Source of the DNA: Blastocladiella emersonii ATCC 22665
Taxonomy: Eukaryota; Fungi; Blastocladiomycota
Direction of reading: 5' to 3'
Length of the DNA stretch: 64,000 nt
NCBI GenBank assembly: GCA_025594325.1
Contig: JANHCV010000001.1
Span: 3,658,001 to 3,722,000, forward strand
The first letter of the stretch is position 1. The number at the start of each line of letters is the position of its first letter. Shown here one piece after another: positions 21,201 to 35,700 of this stretch. The notes under the pieces were generated by a model. That model was given only the letters and a program-made list of their open reading frames with translations, was not told the origin of the DNA and ran no database searches. The position numbers and the translations under genes were made by a program.

Positions 21201-24200
21201 TGGCAGCGGTACCTGCGGTACATCGACGACCTGGTCAAGGAGGGCTTCACCAACATGATCCGCCTGTCGCTGCGGTACCTGCTCGACAACACGGACGCGG
21301 CGTACCTCAAGTCCAACGACATGCCGCCGCTGCTCGAGGCCAAGCTCGAGCTGCAGACGACGCACCTCGTGTTCACGCCGAGCATGGAGGACGAGGCCGA
21401 CAACTCGGTCCTCCACATCTCGCAGGACCTGCTCAACGGCATCTACAACATCTCGACCCTCATGGAACGTATCTACCAGGACCCGTCGATCCCCATGGCC
21501 CCGCGCAGCCGCACCGCGCTCGGCGGCGGTGGCGGTGCCGACGACGCGGACCCGCTGTCCGAGTCGGGTAACGGCGCCGGTCTCGGTGAGAGCTCGGCCT
21601 CGGCCACCTCGGCCGCCGCCGGCGGCGATGCCGCATCCGTGTCCGGCGACGCGCAGCCCGGTGACGCGGGCCACGGCGACGAGGGCGAGATGGGCGAGCT
21701 GTCCGCCGTGGACGGCGACGCGTACCAGGTCGACGAGAACCACTACCTCAGCGAGATGACGGCCAACGACGAGCTCTCGGACATGAAGGACGACGTGAGC
21801 TTCCGGGTGCGCAAGATTATGGAGGAGTGCATCGCGTACCGCGAGTCGTACGACCAGTTTTCGTACCTGTGGACCGAGAACCGCAACGAGTACATGGAGC
21901 GGTTCCTCAGCGAGCAGTCGGGCGACAAGAAGGACGGCGCGGCCGGCGGCGCTGACGAGGACGGCGCGCACGACTCGGAGGCCGACGCCGACGCCAAGGA
22001 CACGAGCCACGACTTCAAGGGCAGCGTGACGACCAACCCGCAGCAGCTCGAGAAGTTTGACTCGGAGATCAAGAAGTTCGAGGGCATCCACAAGAAGATC
22101 ATGGCCCTCGACCCCGACGTCGGGTTCTCCGGCTGGTTCAAGGTCGACGTGCGCCCGCTCAAGCAGGCGCTGAACCTCAACGTCAAGAAGTGGAGCTACA
22201 CGCTGACCAAGTACCTCCTCGACGACGCCGTCAACACGCTGAGCGACCTGTCCAAGTTCATCAAGTCGACGCAGGACGGGCTCGGCATCAAGATCGTCGA
22301 GGGCGACTACGAATCGCTCGTGCACGCCATGAACCTGCTGCACGCCGTCAAGCAGCGCACGCAGACGACCGACAACATGTTCGACCCGATGCGCAAGACG
22401 GTCAACATGCTCAAGCAGTTCGGCGTCGAGCTGCCCGACGAGTCGGTCAAGCTGCTCAACGACCTGCCCGAGAAGTGGTCCGACATGAAGAAGATGGCCA
22501 CGGCGGTCCGCGACCACGTCGCACCGCTGCAGTCGATCGAGGTCGACTCGCTGCAGAAGAAGTGCAACAAGTTCGAGATGAAGGTGCACGAGTTCCGCGA
22601 GGACTTCCGCAAGAAGGCGCCGTTCCGGTTCGAGGTCGGCCCGCTGCAGGCGTACCTGCTGCTCGATGCGGTCCACGGCGACGTGACCAACATGGAGCAG
22701 GAGCACGCGGCCATCAAGAAGTCGAGCGAGATCTTCGAGATCAACCTCCCGCACTTCAAGCAGCTCGGCGACTGCCGCCGCGACATCGGCATGCTCAAGC
22801 AGGTGTGGGACGTGGTCGGCCTCGTCACGTTCATGTTCGAGGAGTGGCGCACCACGCTGTGGACCGAGATCGACGTGGACGTCATGGACGGCAAGTGCCG
22901 CGACCTGGCCAAGGAGCTGCGCCGCATGGACAAGGAGATCAAGGGCTGGGACGTGTACTCGGGCCTCGACCAGATGGTCAAGGACATGATCACGTCGCTC
23001 CGCGCCGTCGGTGAGCTGCGCAGCAGCGCGATCCGCGACCGCCACTGGAAGCAGCTCATGAAGACCACGGGCGTGTCGTTTGTCCTGACCAACGACCTCA
23101 AGTTCCAGGACCTGCTGAGCCTCCAGCTCCACAAGTACGAGGACGACGTCAAGGCCATCGTCGACCGCGCCACCAAGGAGCTGTCCATGGAGAAGGTGCT
23201 CAACGAGCTGACCAAGACGTGGACGGCCATGGAGTTCAGCTACGAGATCCACGAGTCGACGGGCACGCCGCTGCTCAAGACGTCCGAGGAGCTCATCGAG
23301 ACGCTCGAGGACAACCAGGTCATGCTGCAGAACATGATGACGTCGAAATACGTCAGCTACTTCCTCGACCAGATCACCAAGTGGCAGAACACGCTCGGCA
23401 CGGTCGACTCGGTCACGTCGCTGTGGAACGAGGTGCAGACGACGTGGTCGCACCTCGAGTCTATCTTCATCGGCTCCGAGGATATCCGCGCGCAGCTGCC
23501 CGAGGACTCGAAGCGCTTCGACGAGATCGACAAGACGTACAAGACGCTCATGGCCGAGGCGTCCAAGACGCCCAAGGCCGTGGACGCGTGTACGCGCGAG
23601 GGCCTGTTCGAGCTGCTCGAAAAGCTGCAGGGCCAGCTGTCGCTGTGTGAGAAGTCGCTCGCCGAGTACCTCGAGACCAAGCGGCTCGCGTTCCCGCGCT
23701 TCTACTTCGTGTCGGGCTCGGACCTGCTCGACATCCTCGCCAAGGGCAACCGGCCGCAGGCCGTGGCCGTGCACCTGTCCAAGCTGTTCGACAACATGGC
23801 CCGGCTCGAGTTTGCGCAGGGCCCGAACGGCGAGGTGACCAAGACGGCCATCGGCATGTACTCCAAGGAGGACGAGTACGTCAAGTTCCCCGAGGTGTGC
23901 GAGTGCACGGGCCCCGTCGAGGTGTGGCTCAACCGCGTCGAGGCGACCATGAAGAACTCGCTGCGCACGCTGCTCTCGGACGCGGTCGTCACGTACGAGG
24001 AGAAGCCGCGTGAGCAGTGGATCTTCGACTACCCGGCGCAGGTGACGCTCGCCGGCACGCAGATCTGGTGGACGACCGAGGTCAACGTCGCGTTCGGCCG
24101 GCTCGAGGAGGGCTACGAGAACTCGATCAAGGACTACTACAAGAAGCAGTGCGCCCAGCTCACGGCCCTCATCACGCTCATCCAGGGCCAGCTGTCGTCG

Positions 24201-27200
24201 GCCGACCGCCAGATGATCATGGCCGTGTGCACCCTCGACGTGCACGCGCGAGACATCGTGGCCAAGCTGATCGGCGAGAAGGCCGAGAACGCGCAGTGCT
24301 TCAGTTGGCAGTCGCAGCTGCGCCTGCGGTGGGACGACATCGAGAACGACTGCTTCGCCAACATCTGCGACGCCAAGTTCCGCTACAACTACGAGTACCT
24401 CGGCAACACGCCGCGACTCGTCGTCACCTCGCTCACCGATCGCTGCTACATCACGCTCACGCAGTCGCTCCATCTCATCATGGGCGGCGCGCCCGCGGGC
24501 CCAGCTGGAACGGGCAAGACCGAGACGACCAAGGATCTCGGCAAGGCGCTCGGCATCATGGTCTACGTGTTCAACTGCTCGGACCAGATGGACTACAAGT
24601 CGGTCGGCAACATCTACAAGGGCCTCGCGCAGTCGGGCACCTGGGGCTGCTTCGACGAGTTCAACCGCATCGCCGTCGAGGTGCTGTCCGTGATCGCGAC
24701 CCAGGTCAAGTCGATCCAGGACGCGCTCAAAGCCAAGAAGAAGCGCTTCCTGTTCCAGGGCGAGGAGATCCGCATCCAGTCGACGGTCGGCATCTTCATC
24801 ACCATGAACCCCGGCTACGCTGGTCGTGCCGAGCTGCCCGACAACCTCAAGGCGCTGTTCCGCCCGTGCTCCATGGTCGTGCCCAACCTCGAGCTCATCA
24901 TGGAAATCATGCTCATGGCCGAGGGCTTCGTCGAGGCCGGCATCCTCGCGCGCAAGTTCAACACCATGTACAAGCTCAACCGCGAGCTGCTGTCGAAGCA
25001 GGACCACTACGATTGGGGTCTCCGCGCCATCAAGTCGGTCCTCGTCGTGGCCGGCTCGCTCAAGCGCGCCGAGCCGAACCTGCCCGAGGAGCACGTTCTC
25101 ATGCGCGCGCTCCGCGACTTCAACATCCCCAAGATCGTCACCGACGACGTGCAGGTGTTCATGGGTCTGATCAGCGATCTGTTCCCCAAGATCGAGGTTG
25201 CGCGCAAGCGCAGCGAGGTGTTCGAGTCCGAGATCCGCAAGGCCACGCTCGAGAACGGGTTGCAGGTCGAGGAGAACTTCATCCTCAAGGTCGTGCAGAC
25301 CGAGGAGCTGCTCGTCGTGCGTCACTGCGTGTTCCTGATCGGCAACGCGGCCACGGGCAAGTCGCAGATCTGGAAGACGCTCGCCCGCACGTACAACAAC
25401 ATGGGCCGCAAGTGCACGTTCGCCGACCTCGACCCCAAGGCCGTGACTACGGACGACCTGTTCGGGTTCATCAACCCGTCGACGCGCGAGTGGAAGGACG
25501 GGCTCTTCTCGTCGCTCATGCGCGACTTTGCCAACATGCCCGGCACCGACCCGAAGTGGATCGTCCTCGACGGCGATATCGATCCCGGATGGATTGAGTC
25601 GCTCAACACGGTCATGGACGACAACAAGGTGCTGACGCTCGCGTCCAACGAGCGCATTCCGCTCAAGCCGCACATGCGACTCATCTTCGAGATCGGAGAC
25701 CTCAAGTACGCGACGCCGGCCACGGTCTCGCGCGCCGGTATCCTGTACGTCAACCCGACGGATCTCGGGTGGTCGCCGTACGTGCAGTCGTGGCTCGAGA
25801 AGCGCGAGGACGCGGCCGAGAAGAGCACGCTCATGGTGCTGTTCGAGCGCTACGTCAACCCGTGCCTCGACGTGCTGCGCAGCGGCAAGTTCAAGATGGC
25901 CTCGGTCGAGGACTTCTCCATGGTCCAGACGCTGTGCAGCATCCTCGAGGCCCTGCTCACGCCGCAGAACACGCCCAAGGGGTGCGACAAGGAGTGGTTC
26001 GAGATCTACTTTGTGTTCGCCGCCGTGTGGTCGTTTGGCGGCGCGCTGTTCCTCGACCAGCTCATCGACTACCGCAACGAGTTCTCTAAGTGGTGGAACC
26101 AGGAGTTCAAGACGGTCAAGTTCCCGCCCAACGGGACCGTGTTCGACTACTACGTCGACGCCGAGACCAAGCGGTTCCTGCCGTGGACGGACCGCGTGCC
26201 CAAGTTCGAGTTCGACCCGGACGTGCCGCTGCAGAGCGTGCTCGTGCACACGCCCGAGACGACGCGCGTGCGGTACCTGCTCGACCTGCTCGCCGACAAC
26301 GGCAAGCCCGTGCTCCTCGTCGGCACGGCCGGGTGCGGCAAGACCGTGCTCATGCAGGACAAGCTCCTGAGCTACGGCGAGGACCGCATGATCGTGAACA
26401 TCCCGTTCAACTTCTACACGTCGGCGTGGTCGCTCCAGCCCGTGCTCGAGAAGCCGCTCGAGAAGAAGGCCGGTCGCAACTTTGGCCCGCCGGGCACCAA
26501 GAAGCTCATCTACTTTGTCGACGATCTCAACATGCCCGAGGTCGACAAGTACGGCACCGTATCGCCGCACTCGCTGCTGCGCCAGCACCTCGACTACCGC
26601 CACTGGTACGACCGCCAGAAGCTCACGCTCAAGGAGATCCACAACTGCCAGTACGTGGCGTGCATGAACCCGACGGCCGGCAACTTCACCATCACGTCGC
26701 GCCTGCAGCGGCACTTCTCCGTGTTCTCGGTCAACTTCCCCGGCGTCGACTCGCTCCAGTCCATCTACAACTCGATTCTGCAGGGCCACCTCGGCCACAT
26801 GTCGGTGGCCGTGCAGAAGGCCGGCGAGAAGCTCGTGGCGGCGTCGCTCGCGCTGCACAAGAAGGTGGCCTCGACGTTCCTGCCGACCGCGGTCAAGTTC
26901 CACTACATCTTCAACCTGCGCGACCTGTCGAACATCTTCCAGGGCGTGCTGTTCGCGCAAAAGGACGTGCTCAAGGAGCCCGTCGAGCTCGTGCGCCTGT
27001 GGATCCACGAGACGACGCGCGTGTACGGCGACAAGCTCATCGACGTGGTCGACAACCAGGCGCTGTCGGCCATGCAGCGCGAGTTCGCCAAGAAGAACTT
27101 TGAGGACCAGGACCAGAACGTCATTTTCGCCGAGCCGCTCATCTACACACATTTTGCCGGCGGCATCGGCGAGCCCAAGTACTGCGGCGCCAAGGACTGG

Positions 27201-30200
27201 CCCTCGCTCAAGAAGATTCTCGAGGAGGCGCTCGACCAGTACAACGAGGTGAACGCAGCCATGGACCTCGTGCTGTTCGAGGACGCCATCTTCCACATCT
27301 CGCGCATCAGCCGCATCCTCGAGTCGCCGCGCGGTAACGCGCTGCTCGTCGGTGTCGGTGGTTCGGGCAAGCAGTCGCTCGCGCGTCTCGCGTCGTCCAT
27401 GTCGTCGATGAGCGTGTTCCAGATAACGCTGCGCAAGGGCTACGGCATCGCCGATCTCAAGACGGATCTGTGCGGGTTGTACATCAAGACGGGCCAGAAG
27501 AAGCAGCAGATTATGTTCCTCGTCGCCGACTCGCAGGTGGCCGACGAGAAGTTCCTCGTCCTGATCAACGACCTGCTCGCGTCGGGCAACATCCCGCAGC
27601 TGTTCCCCGACGACGAGGTCGAGAACATCATCAACTCGATGCGCAACGAGGTCAAGGCGCTCGGTCTCGTGGACACGCGCGAGGCGTGCTGGGACCAGTT
27701 TATCAACAATGTCCGCCGCAACCTCAAGGTCGTGCTCTGCTTCTCGCCCGTCGGCAACACGCTGCGCTCGCGGTGCCGCAAGTTCCCGGCCATCGTCAAC
27801 TCGACGCAGATCGACTGGTTCCGCGAGTGGCCGCTCGAGGCGCTCGAGTCGGTGGCCACGCGCTTCATCGACAGCTGCGAGCTCGTGCCCAAGGAGCACA
27901 AGAAGTCGGTGACGCGGTTCATGGCGTTCGCGCACCAGATCGTCAACGACGTGAGCAAGAAGTACCTCATCAACGAGAAGCGGTACAACTACACGACGCC
28001 CAAGAGTTTCCTCGAGCTCATCAACCTGTACAAGGCCATGCTCGAGAAGAAGTCCAACGAGCTCATGCGGTCCATGGAGCGCCTCGAGAACGGCCTGACC
28101 AAGCTCGAGTCGACGGCCGCGCAGGTCGACGACCTCAAGGCCAAGCTGGCCACGCAGGAGGTCGAGCTCAAGGCTAAGAACGAGGAGGCCGAGCGGCTCA
28201 TCGAGCGCGTCGGCATCGACACCGAGAAGGTGAACAAGGAGAAGGGCATCGCCGACGCCGAGGAGCGCAAGGTCGCCGAGTTCACCAAGGAGGTCGAGGA
28301 GAAGCAGCGCCAGTGTCAAGAGGACCTGCGCGCTGCCGAACCTGCGCTCGCTGCCGCCGCCAACGCCCTCAACACGCTCAACAAGGCCAACTTGACCGAG
28401 CTCAAGTCGTTCGGTTCGCCGTCGGCCGAGGTCGTGGACACGGTGGCCGCCGTCATGGTCCTCATGTCGCCCGCCGGCAAGATCGCCAAGGACCGCAGCT
28501 GGAAGGCCGGCAAGAACATGATGGCCAAGGTCGACGCCTTCCTCGAGTCGCTCATCACCTTCAACAAGGAGAAGATTGACCAGTCGAACCTCGACGCGCT
28601 CGAGCCGTACCTCAAAAACGAGAACTTCAACGAGGAGTTCATGAAGTCCAAGTCGATTGCCGCCGCCGGTCTCTGCTCGTGGGTCGTGAACGTTGTCAGT
28701 TACTACCACGTGTACTGTGACGTCGAGCCCAAGCGCAAGGCCCTCGAGACGGCCACGGTCGAGCTCGCGGCCGCCCAGGCCAAGCTGGCCGACATCAAGG
28801 CCAAGATCGCCGAGCTCGACAGCAACCTGGCCACGCTCAAGGCGCAGTTCGAGAAGGCCACGGCCGACAAGCTCCGATGCGAGGAGGAGGCGCGCGCGAC
28901 GCAGGAGACGATCGTGCTCGCCAACCGTCTCGTCGGCGGTCTCGCGTCCGAGAAGGTCCGCTGGAGCGAGGCCGTCGCCCGGTTCCGCGAGCAGCAGAAG
29001 ACGCTCGCCGGTGATGTGCTGCTCGCATCGGCGTTCATCTCGTACGTCGGGTGCTTCAGCAAGCGGTACCGCACCGAGCTCATCGAGGAGAAGTGGATGC
29101 CGTACCTCAAGGACCCGACCACGGGCCTGCCCATGTCCGAGAACCTCGACCCGCTCGACATCCTCACCAACAGCGCCGAGATTGCGCGGTGGAACAACGA
29201 GGGCCTGCCGACGGATCGGGTCTCGCTCGAGAACGCGACCATGGTCACCAACTGCAAGCGCTGGCCGCTCATCATCGACCCGCAGCTGCAAGGCGTCAAG
29301 TGGATCAAGAGCCGGGAGGGCCCGAACCTCAAGATCGTGCGGCTCGGCCAGCGCGGCTACCTCGACATCATCGAGAAGGCCGTCTCGGCCGGCGACGCGT
29401 GCCTCATCGAGGATCTCGGCACGAGCATCGACGCTGTGCTCGACCACATCATCGGTCGCAACACAATCAAGAAGGGCAAGGCCATCAAGATCGGTGACCG
29501 CGAGATCGAGTACGACCCGAACTTCAAGCTCATCCTGCAGACGCGCCTGCCCAACCCGCACTACCCGCCCGAGATCCAGGCGCAAACGACGCTTGTCAAC
29601 TTCACGGTCACCATCTCGGGTCTCGAGGACCAGCTGCTCGCCGACGTCGTCAAGGCCGAGCGGCCCGACCTCGAGGAGACCAAGGCCGAGCTGACCAAGC
29701 AGCAGAACGAGTTCAAGATTAAGCTGACGGAACTCGAAGACGCGCTGCTCTCGCGCCTGTCGTCGGCGCAGGGCAACTTCCTCGGCGACTACGCGCTGGT
29801 CGAGAACCTCGAGACCACGAAGCGCACGGCGACCGAGATCGAGGTCAAGGTCGAGGAGGCCAAGAAGACGGAGAAGCGCATCAACGAGACGCGCGAGCTG
29901 TACCGCCCCGTGGCCGCGCGCTCGTCGCTGCTCTACTTCCTGCTCAACGACCTGTGGCAGATCCACCCCATGTACCAGTACTCGCTCAACGCGTACAAGG
30001 TGGTCTTCCAGCGCGCCATCCAGACGGCCGAGGCGTCCGAGGACATCAAGGAGCGCGTCATGGCCCTGATCGACAACATCACGCACCGGACGTACCTGTA
30101 CACGACGCGTGGTCTGTTCGAGCGCGACAAGCTCATCTTCGCGGCGCAGATGACGTTCCAGATCCTGCTCGGCCAGGGCGACATTGACCCGCAGGAGCTC

Positions 30201-32336
30201 GACTTCTTGCTCCGCGCGCCCAAGGTGTTCGGCGTCAACTCGCCCGCCGAGTGGCTCGCCACGTCGTCGTGGCAGACGATCAAGGCGCTGTCGAACCTCG
30301 AGCCGTTTCGCCTGCTGCCCAACGACATCGAGGGCAGTAGCAAGCGCTGGAAAAAGTACTGCGAGTCCGAGGCGCCCGAGAACGAGAACCTGCCCGCCGA
30401 GTGGAAGAGCAAGACGCCGATGCAGAAGCTGTGCATCCTGCGCGCGCTGCGGCCCGACCGCATGTCGTACGCGGTCCGCGGGTTCATCGGGCTCAAGATG
30501 GGCCCCAAGTACATCGACTCGTCGCGCATCCCGCTCACGCGCACGTACGAGGAGACGTCGAACATCACACCCGTCTTCTTCATCTTGTCGCCCGGTGTGG
30601 ACCCCGTCAAGGAAGTCGAGGCGGTCGGCCGCACGCAGGGCGTGGCCGAGGATCTCGGCAACTTCCACAACGTGTCGCTCGGCCAGGGCCAGGAGGTGAT
30701 CGCCGAGCAGAAGCTCGACATTGCGCACCACAACGGCGGCTGGGTCATGCTCCAGAACATCCACCTGGTCGCCAAGTGGCTGCCGCTGCTCGACAAGAAG
30801 CTCGAGGCGCTCATGCAGGACGCGCACCCGTCGTTCCGCGTGTTCCTCTCGGCCGAGCCGGCGGGCGACCCGGCGTACCACATCATCCCGACGTCGATTC
30901 TGCAGGCCTCGATCAAGATCACCAACGAGCCGCCGACGGGCATGAACGCCAACCTGCACCGCGCGCTCGACAACTTCAACCAGGAGACGCTCGAGCGGTG
31001 CTCCAAGGAGGCCGAGTTCAAGGGCATCCTGTTCGCGCTGTGCTACTTCCACGCTGTGGTCCTCGAGCGGCGCAAGTTCGGCACGCAGGGGTGGAACCGC
31101 TCGTACCCGTTCAGCACCGGCGACCTGACCATTTCCGTCGACGTGCTGTACAACTACCTCGAGGCGTGGTCCAAGGTGCCGTGGACCGACCTGCGGTACA
31201 TGTTCGGCGAGATCATGTACGGCGGCCACATCTCGGACGACTGGGACCGGCGCCTGTGCACGTCGTACCTCGAGGTGTACATTCGCGAGGACCTGTTCGA
31301 GGGCGGGTTCGAGCTCGCGCCCGGGTTCGCCGCGCCGCCCAGTCTCGACTACAAGGAGTACCACCGGTACATCGACGAGGTGCTGCCGCCCGAGTCGCCG
31401 TACCTGTACGGCCTGCACCCGAACGCGGAAATCGGCGTCCTGACCAAGATGGCCGAGAAGCTGTTCAAGACGCTGCTCGAGATGCAGCCGCAGGACGCGG
31501 CGGCGGGCATGGCGGTCAGCAAGGAGGAGAAGGTCAAGGCGACGGTCGACGAGATCATGGGCTCACTGCCCGACCCGTTCAACGTGCCCGAGCTCATGTC
31601 GCGCGTCGAGGAGCGGACGCCGTTCATCTCGGTGGCGCTGCAGGAGTGTGACCGCATGTCGATCCTCACCACCGAGATCCGCCGCTCGCTCAAGGAGCTC
31701 GACCTCGGTCTCAAGGGTGACCTGACCATCACCGAGGCCATGGAGGCGCTCATGAACGCCATCTTCTTCGGCTCGATTCCGGCGTCGTGGGAGAAGCTCG
31801 CGTACCCGTCGCTCAACCAGTTTGCGGCGTGGTACGCCGACCTGCTGCAGCGCATCAAGGAGCTCGAGCAGTGGGTCGCCGAGTTCCAGCTGCCCGCGGT
31901 GGTGTGGCTGCCCGGGCTGTTCAACCCGCAGTCGTTCCTCACGGCCATCATGCAGACGACGGCGCGCAAGAACGAGTGGCCGCTCGACCGCATGGTGCTC
32001 ACGGTCGAGGTGCTCAAGAAGCCCAAGGAGGAGTGCACGGCGCCGCCCCGCGAGGGTGCCTACATCCACGGGCTGTTCATGGAGGGCGCGCGGTGGGACA
32101 GCAACACGGGCTGCATCGCCGACTCGTTCCTCAAGGAGCTCACGCCCACGATGCCGGTCATCTTCGTCAAGGCGATCCCCGTCGACAAGCGCGAGACCAA
32201 GGGCATCTACGAGTGCCCCGTGTTCCGCACGCGCCAGCGCGGGCCGACCTACGTCTGGACCTTCAACCTCAAGACCAAGGAGGCGCCGGCCAAGTGGGCG
32301 CTGTGCGGCGTCGCCCTGCTGCTGTCGGCCGAGTAG
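18268..32336 (+). CDS. Axonemal outer-arm dynein heavy chain, beta type (DNAH9/11/17, ODA4-like); exons 18268-18419, 18494-18887, 18964-19297, 19362-20046, 20108-32336 (~4,597 aa)
   Basis: Four P-loops (GPAGTGKT, GNAATGKS, GTAGCGKT, GVGGSGKQ); CFDEFNR, FITMNPGYAGR, DHYDWGLRAIKSVL; stalk and MTBD; C-terminal YECPVFRTRQRG...W; N-terminal DPRLEFF...LKVKSDKW typical of the beta outer-arm class. Four GTACGC introns keep the frame. Confidence 0.96.
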
Positions 32337-32725
32337 GCCCTGCTCCATCAAGACTTGATTTGTTTGTTTGCATTTGCTTTCATGGTTATTTCGACATGTT
32401 CCATTACATATACACGTTCAGTAGCTTTCATCCTCGGACATGTAGTGAGGTGCACGGTGAAGCGCGGCTTTCTGCCAAGTCGAAAACAGCGTAGCGACGA
32501 GTCACATGGGCTGCCGTGACATCAAATCAACAGACGCGTCCACTGCCCGCTCGTTCCATCGTTCAGCCAGGTCCCTCGGCTGCGCCACAGTGTTCGCGGA
32601 GAAGCGGCAACGAATCTATCGCCAAACCCATCGCTCGCCGCAACGTATCTCGGAGCCGTCGGTTTCTCGCCCTGTCGTAACACGCACTCTCGGCGTACCG
32701 GCAGCAGCAACCCACACGAGCTATC

Positions 32726-35700
32726 ATGTCGGAAGGGCGCGAGCTCGCCCAGGGCGGCGGTGCCAACCGGTGGAAGGTGGGTCCGCTCTCGCTGCTCGAG
32801 GGCGATAAGAACCCATGGCTGATGGTCGCGCCCGTCGCCGCGCACGCATCGCGGATCTAGTATCAATCGTTCCAAGACCGCATCAAGCATGTCCGCATCG
32901 ACGTGACGCAGAGCGCCATCGCGCTCCGCCACGAGGAGGAAGACCTCGAGTCCTTCTTCGTCGGCGCCCTGCAGCAGTGGCAGGAGCTCAACTGCACGGC
33001 CGAGTTCTCGGCCTTTGTGCGCGACATCAACCGCTACGCGCAGTCGCTCGCCCTCGTCCTCTACCACAAGCAGGAGATTGTCGAGGCCATCATTCGCCAC
33101 CTCGGCGTGATGTCGACCAACGCTTACGAGCCGATCCTCAAGTACGCGTTTTCTTGGTTGTTGTGCTCTCGATGCCGTACTCACCCTATGTGCGCTTTGT
33201 GCGTGACTAGCCTCACGACCATGCTCGCCAAGGACCTGCGCCAGGAGATCTTCGAGTCCCTCGGCCCCATCGTGCGCGCCATCCTGCCGCTCCTCCGCGT
33301 CCGTGACGCCAGCGTGATCGAGGTACGTTGCGGCGTCAACCCAAGCGCTCTCTGAGCTGCGCTAACGCGTTTGTTTCCGCCTCGTCTAGCACGCGTTCCA
33401 ATGCATCGCGTACCTGCTGCGGTACCTGCAGGGCAACGTGCTGCGCGAGATGCCCGCCGTCTTCGACATGCTCTCGCCCCTGCTCGGCCGCGGCGCCGAG
33501 TACAAACCGTTCATCCGCCAGTTCGCCGCCGAGTCCGTGTCGTACATGATCCGCCAGACCCAAAAGGACAAGGCCCGCGTCCGCTCCGTTGTCACCCACA
33601 TCATGGAGACGGCCGACGCCGAGGGCAACCGCACCGGCGCCACCTACGCCGAGTCGCTCGGCCACATGTTCGCCGAGACCATGATCCACGTCAACTACAC
33701 GACGCACTCGTGCACCTCGGTCCTCCTCCAGAACCTGCTCGACTGCGCCATCGAGGCGCCCAGCGAGCGCCGCGACTTCGTCATGGCCGCCGCGTTCCAG
33801 CGCCTGATGCAGCGGACCAACAAGGATACGAACGCCACCGTGCTCAAGCTCATGGCTGCAGCCTGGCCGCGCGACGTGGACCGCCTCAGCCGGTACTACC
33901 TGCCGTGCATCGCCCTGCGCAACGGCGACCGCATCCCGAGCTGGTCGGCCATGCTCGCGACCTTCTCTTCGGTTGCCGTGCCGCATGAGACCGTTTCGAT
34001 GGCGACCATGGAGCTCTTTGCCCAGCTGCTGCTCCACGCCTCGTACGAGGACGTGATCAAGAACGTCTCGACGCTCGAGCGCACCATCAACCACCCCGGC
34101 CTGACCGTCGACGTCCAGCTCCACTTCCACCGCTGCCTCCTGCGCGGCAAGTTCGAGAGCTACAACTCGCTCGTGCTCCCGCTCACCGTCAAGTTCCTGA
34201 CCGCCCGGTGGGCCTCGCTCGACCTGTCGCTCGTCGTCGGCTTCCTCGCCGAGGTGCTCGGCAGCACGCCGCTGCTGCACTCGGCCGCCTCGTCGTGCGT
34301 GTCCAAGGACAACAAGCTCATCTTCGACCCAGCGTTCCCGACGCTGAGCATCATCGCCGACTACAAGCCGGCCTCGGGCGACCGCCGCCTCGTCGTCGCC
34401 GCCGTCTCCGCGGCGCGCAAGCTCGCCCTGCCCGCCAAGAAGCTGCAGGCCGCGCTCGTCACGCTGCTCGGCAAGACCGCCGACGACACGTTCCTCTTCA
34501 GCCACACGCTGCAGACGCTGCTCGCCCTGCGCCTCATGAACGCCGCGGCGGTCGCGCACGTCGAAGCCGTGGAGCTGCGTGAGTGCCCGTACCTCGCCGC
34601 GTCCGTGGCCGAGTTCATCACCCTGACCGACTCGCTCACGCCCGAGAAGCGCACCGTGTGGTCGGCCAAGCTCGTGCCGTTCGTGTCCTCGATGCAACAC
34701 TCGTTGCGCGAGCCTGTCATCCGCGCGCTCGCCTTCCTGCAGCCCAACGAGCCCCTCCTCGACACGTGCTTCTCCATCGAGTCGACGCCGTGCACCATGG
34801 ACACGCACCGCAGCAAGGCCATGCACCTCAAGAACCTCGGCCTCGCCATCTCCAAGAACACGTCGGCGCACGTCGCCGAGGTCGTCTCCCGGCTTGCGCT
34901 TGCGCTGTACGCCGTCAACTACGCGCCGCTCTGGCCCCCGGTCACCGGGCTCATCGCCAAGGCCATTGCTGCCTTCCCCGACGCCTTCTGGGCGCAGTAC
35001 ACGGCGCTGCTCCCCAAGTTCCAGAACCGCGACTCGTTCCCCGAGGTCGTGACCAAGTTTGCGCCGCTCGAGACGCTCGAGCCGACCGCGGGCGAGATCA
35101 TGCTCCAGGAGTTTGCCGAGTCAGTGTTCACGATCCAGGCCGAGCGCATTGACTACTGGAACATCTACATCCAGGCGGTCAAGGCGCTCTCGGGCACCCA
35201 GCTCGCCGAGGCCAAGACCAAGTTCTTCGTGCCCATGTTCCTGCAGTTCGTGCAGTACGAGTACCGCCACTACCACGACGACCTGCCCGCGCTCGACGAG
35301 GAGTGCGTGACCGACCTGCCGTTCGAGCACGGCCACGCGCTGTCGCTGACGCACGTCATCGTGACCAAGAAGCTCACCACGTTCCTCGAGCTGCTGTCGC
35401 ACTACAAGCCGTCGCAGGTGCATAAGTCGGCCATCCTCTACGACTTGTACCTCGCCCTGCTGCTGCGCGGTGACGCCGTGCTGCAGAAGGCGTCGCTCAT
35501 GTGCATCAACACGTACGGCCGCGACTGGTACAAGCCGTACCACGCGCTCATGCTCCGCCTCGTCGAGGACGGCTCGTTCCGCGAGACGATGCTGTCCATC
35601 AAGATCGACGGCCACGAGACGCCCACGTTCCGCCCCGAGCACCGCGGCTCCATCTTCCAGATCCTCACGCGCCTGCTCTACGGCCGCATGATGTCGCGCA

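Noticed and set aside
20358-31418. 3,686-aa antisense ORF, plus other long antisense ORFs (10648-13362, 36168-39545, 2229-4118, 53879-55480)
   Set aside because: Shadows of real genes (the dynein one checked as exactly codon-aligned), expected where the sense strand avoids TTA, CTA and TCA; the translations have skewed composition and no recognisable domains.
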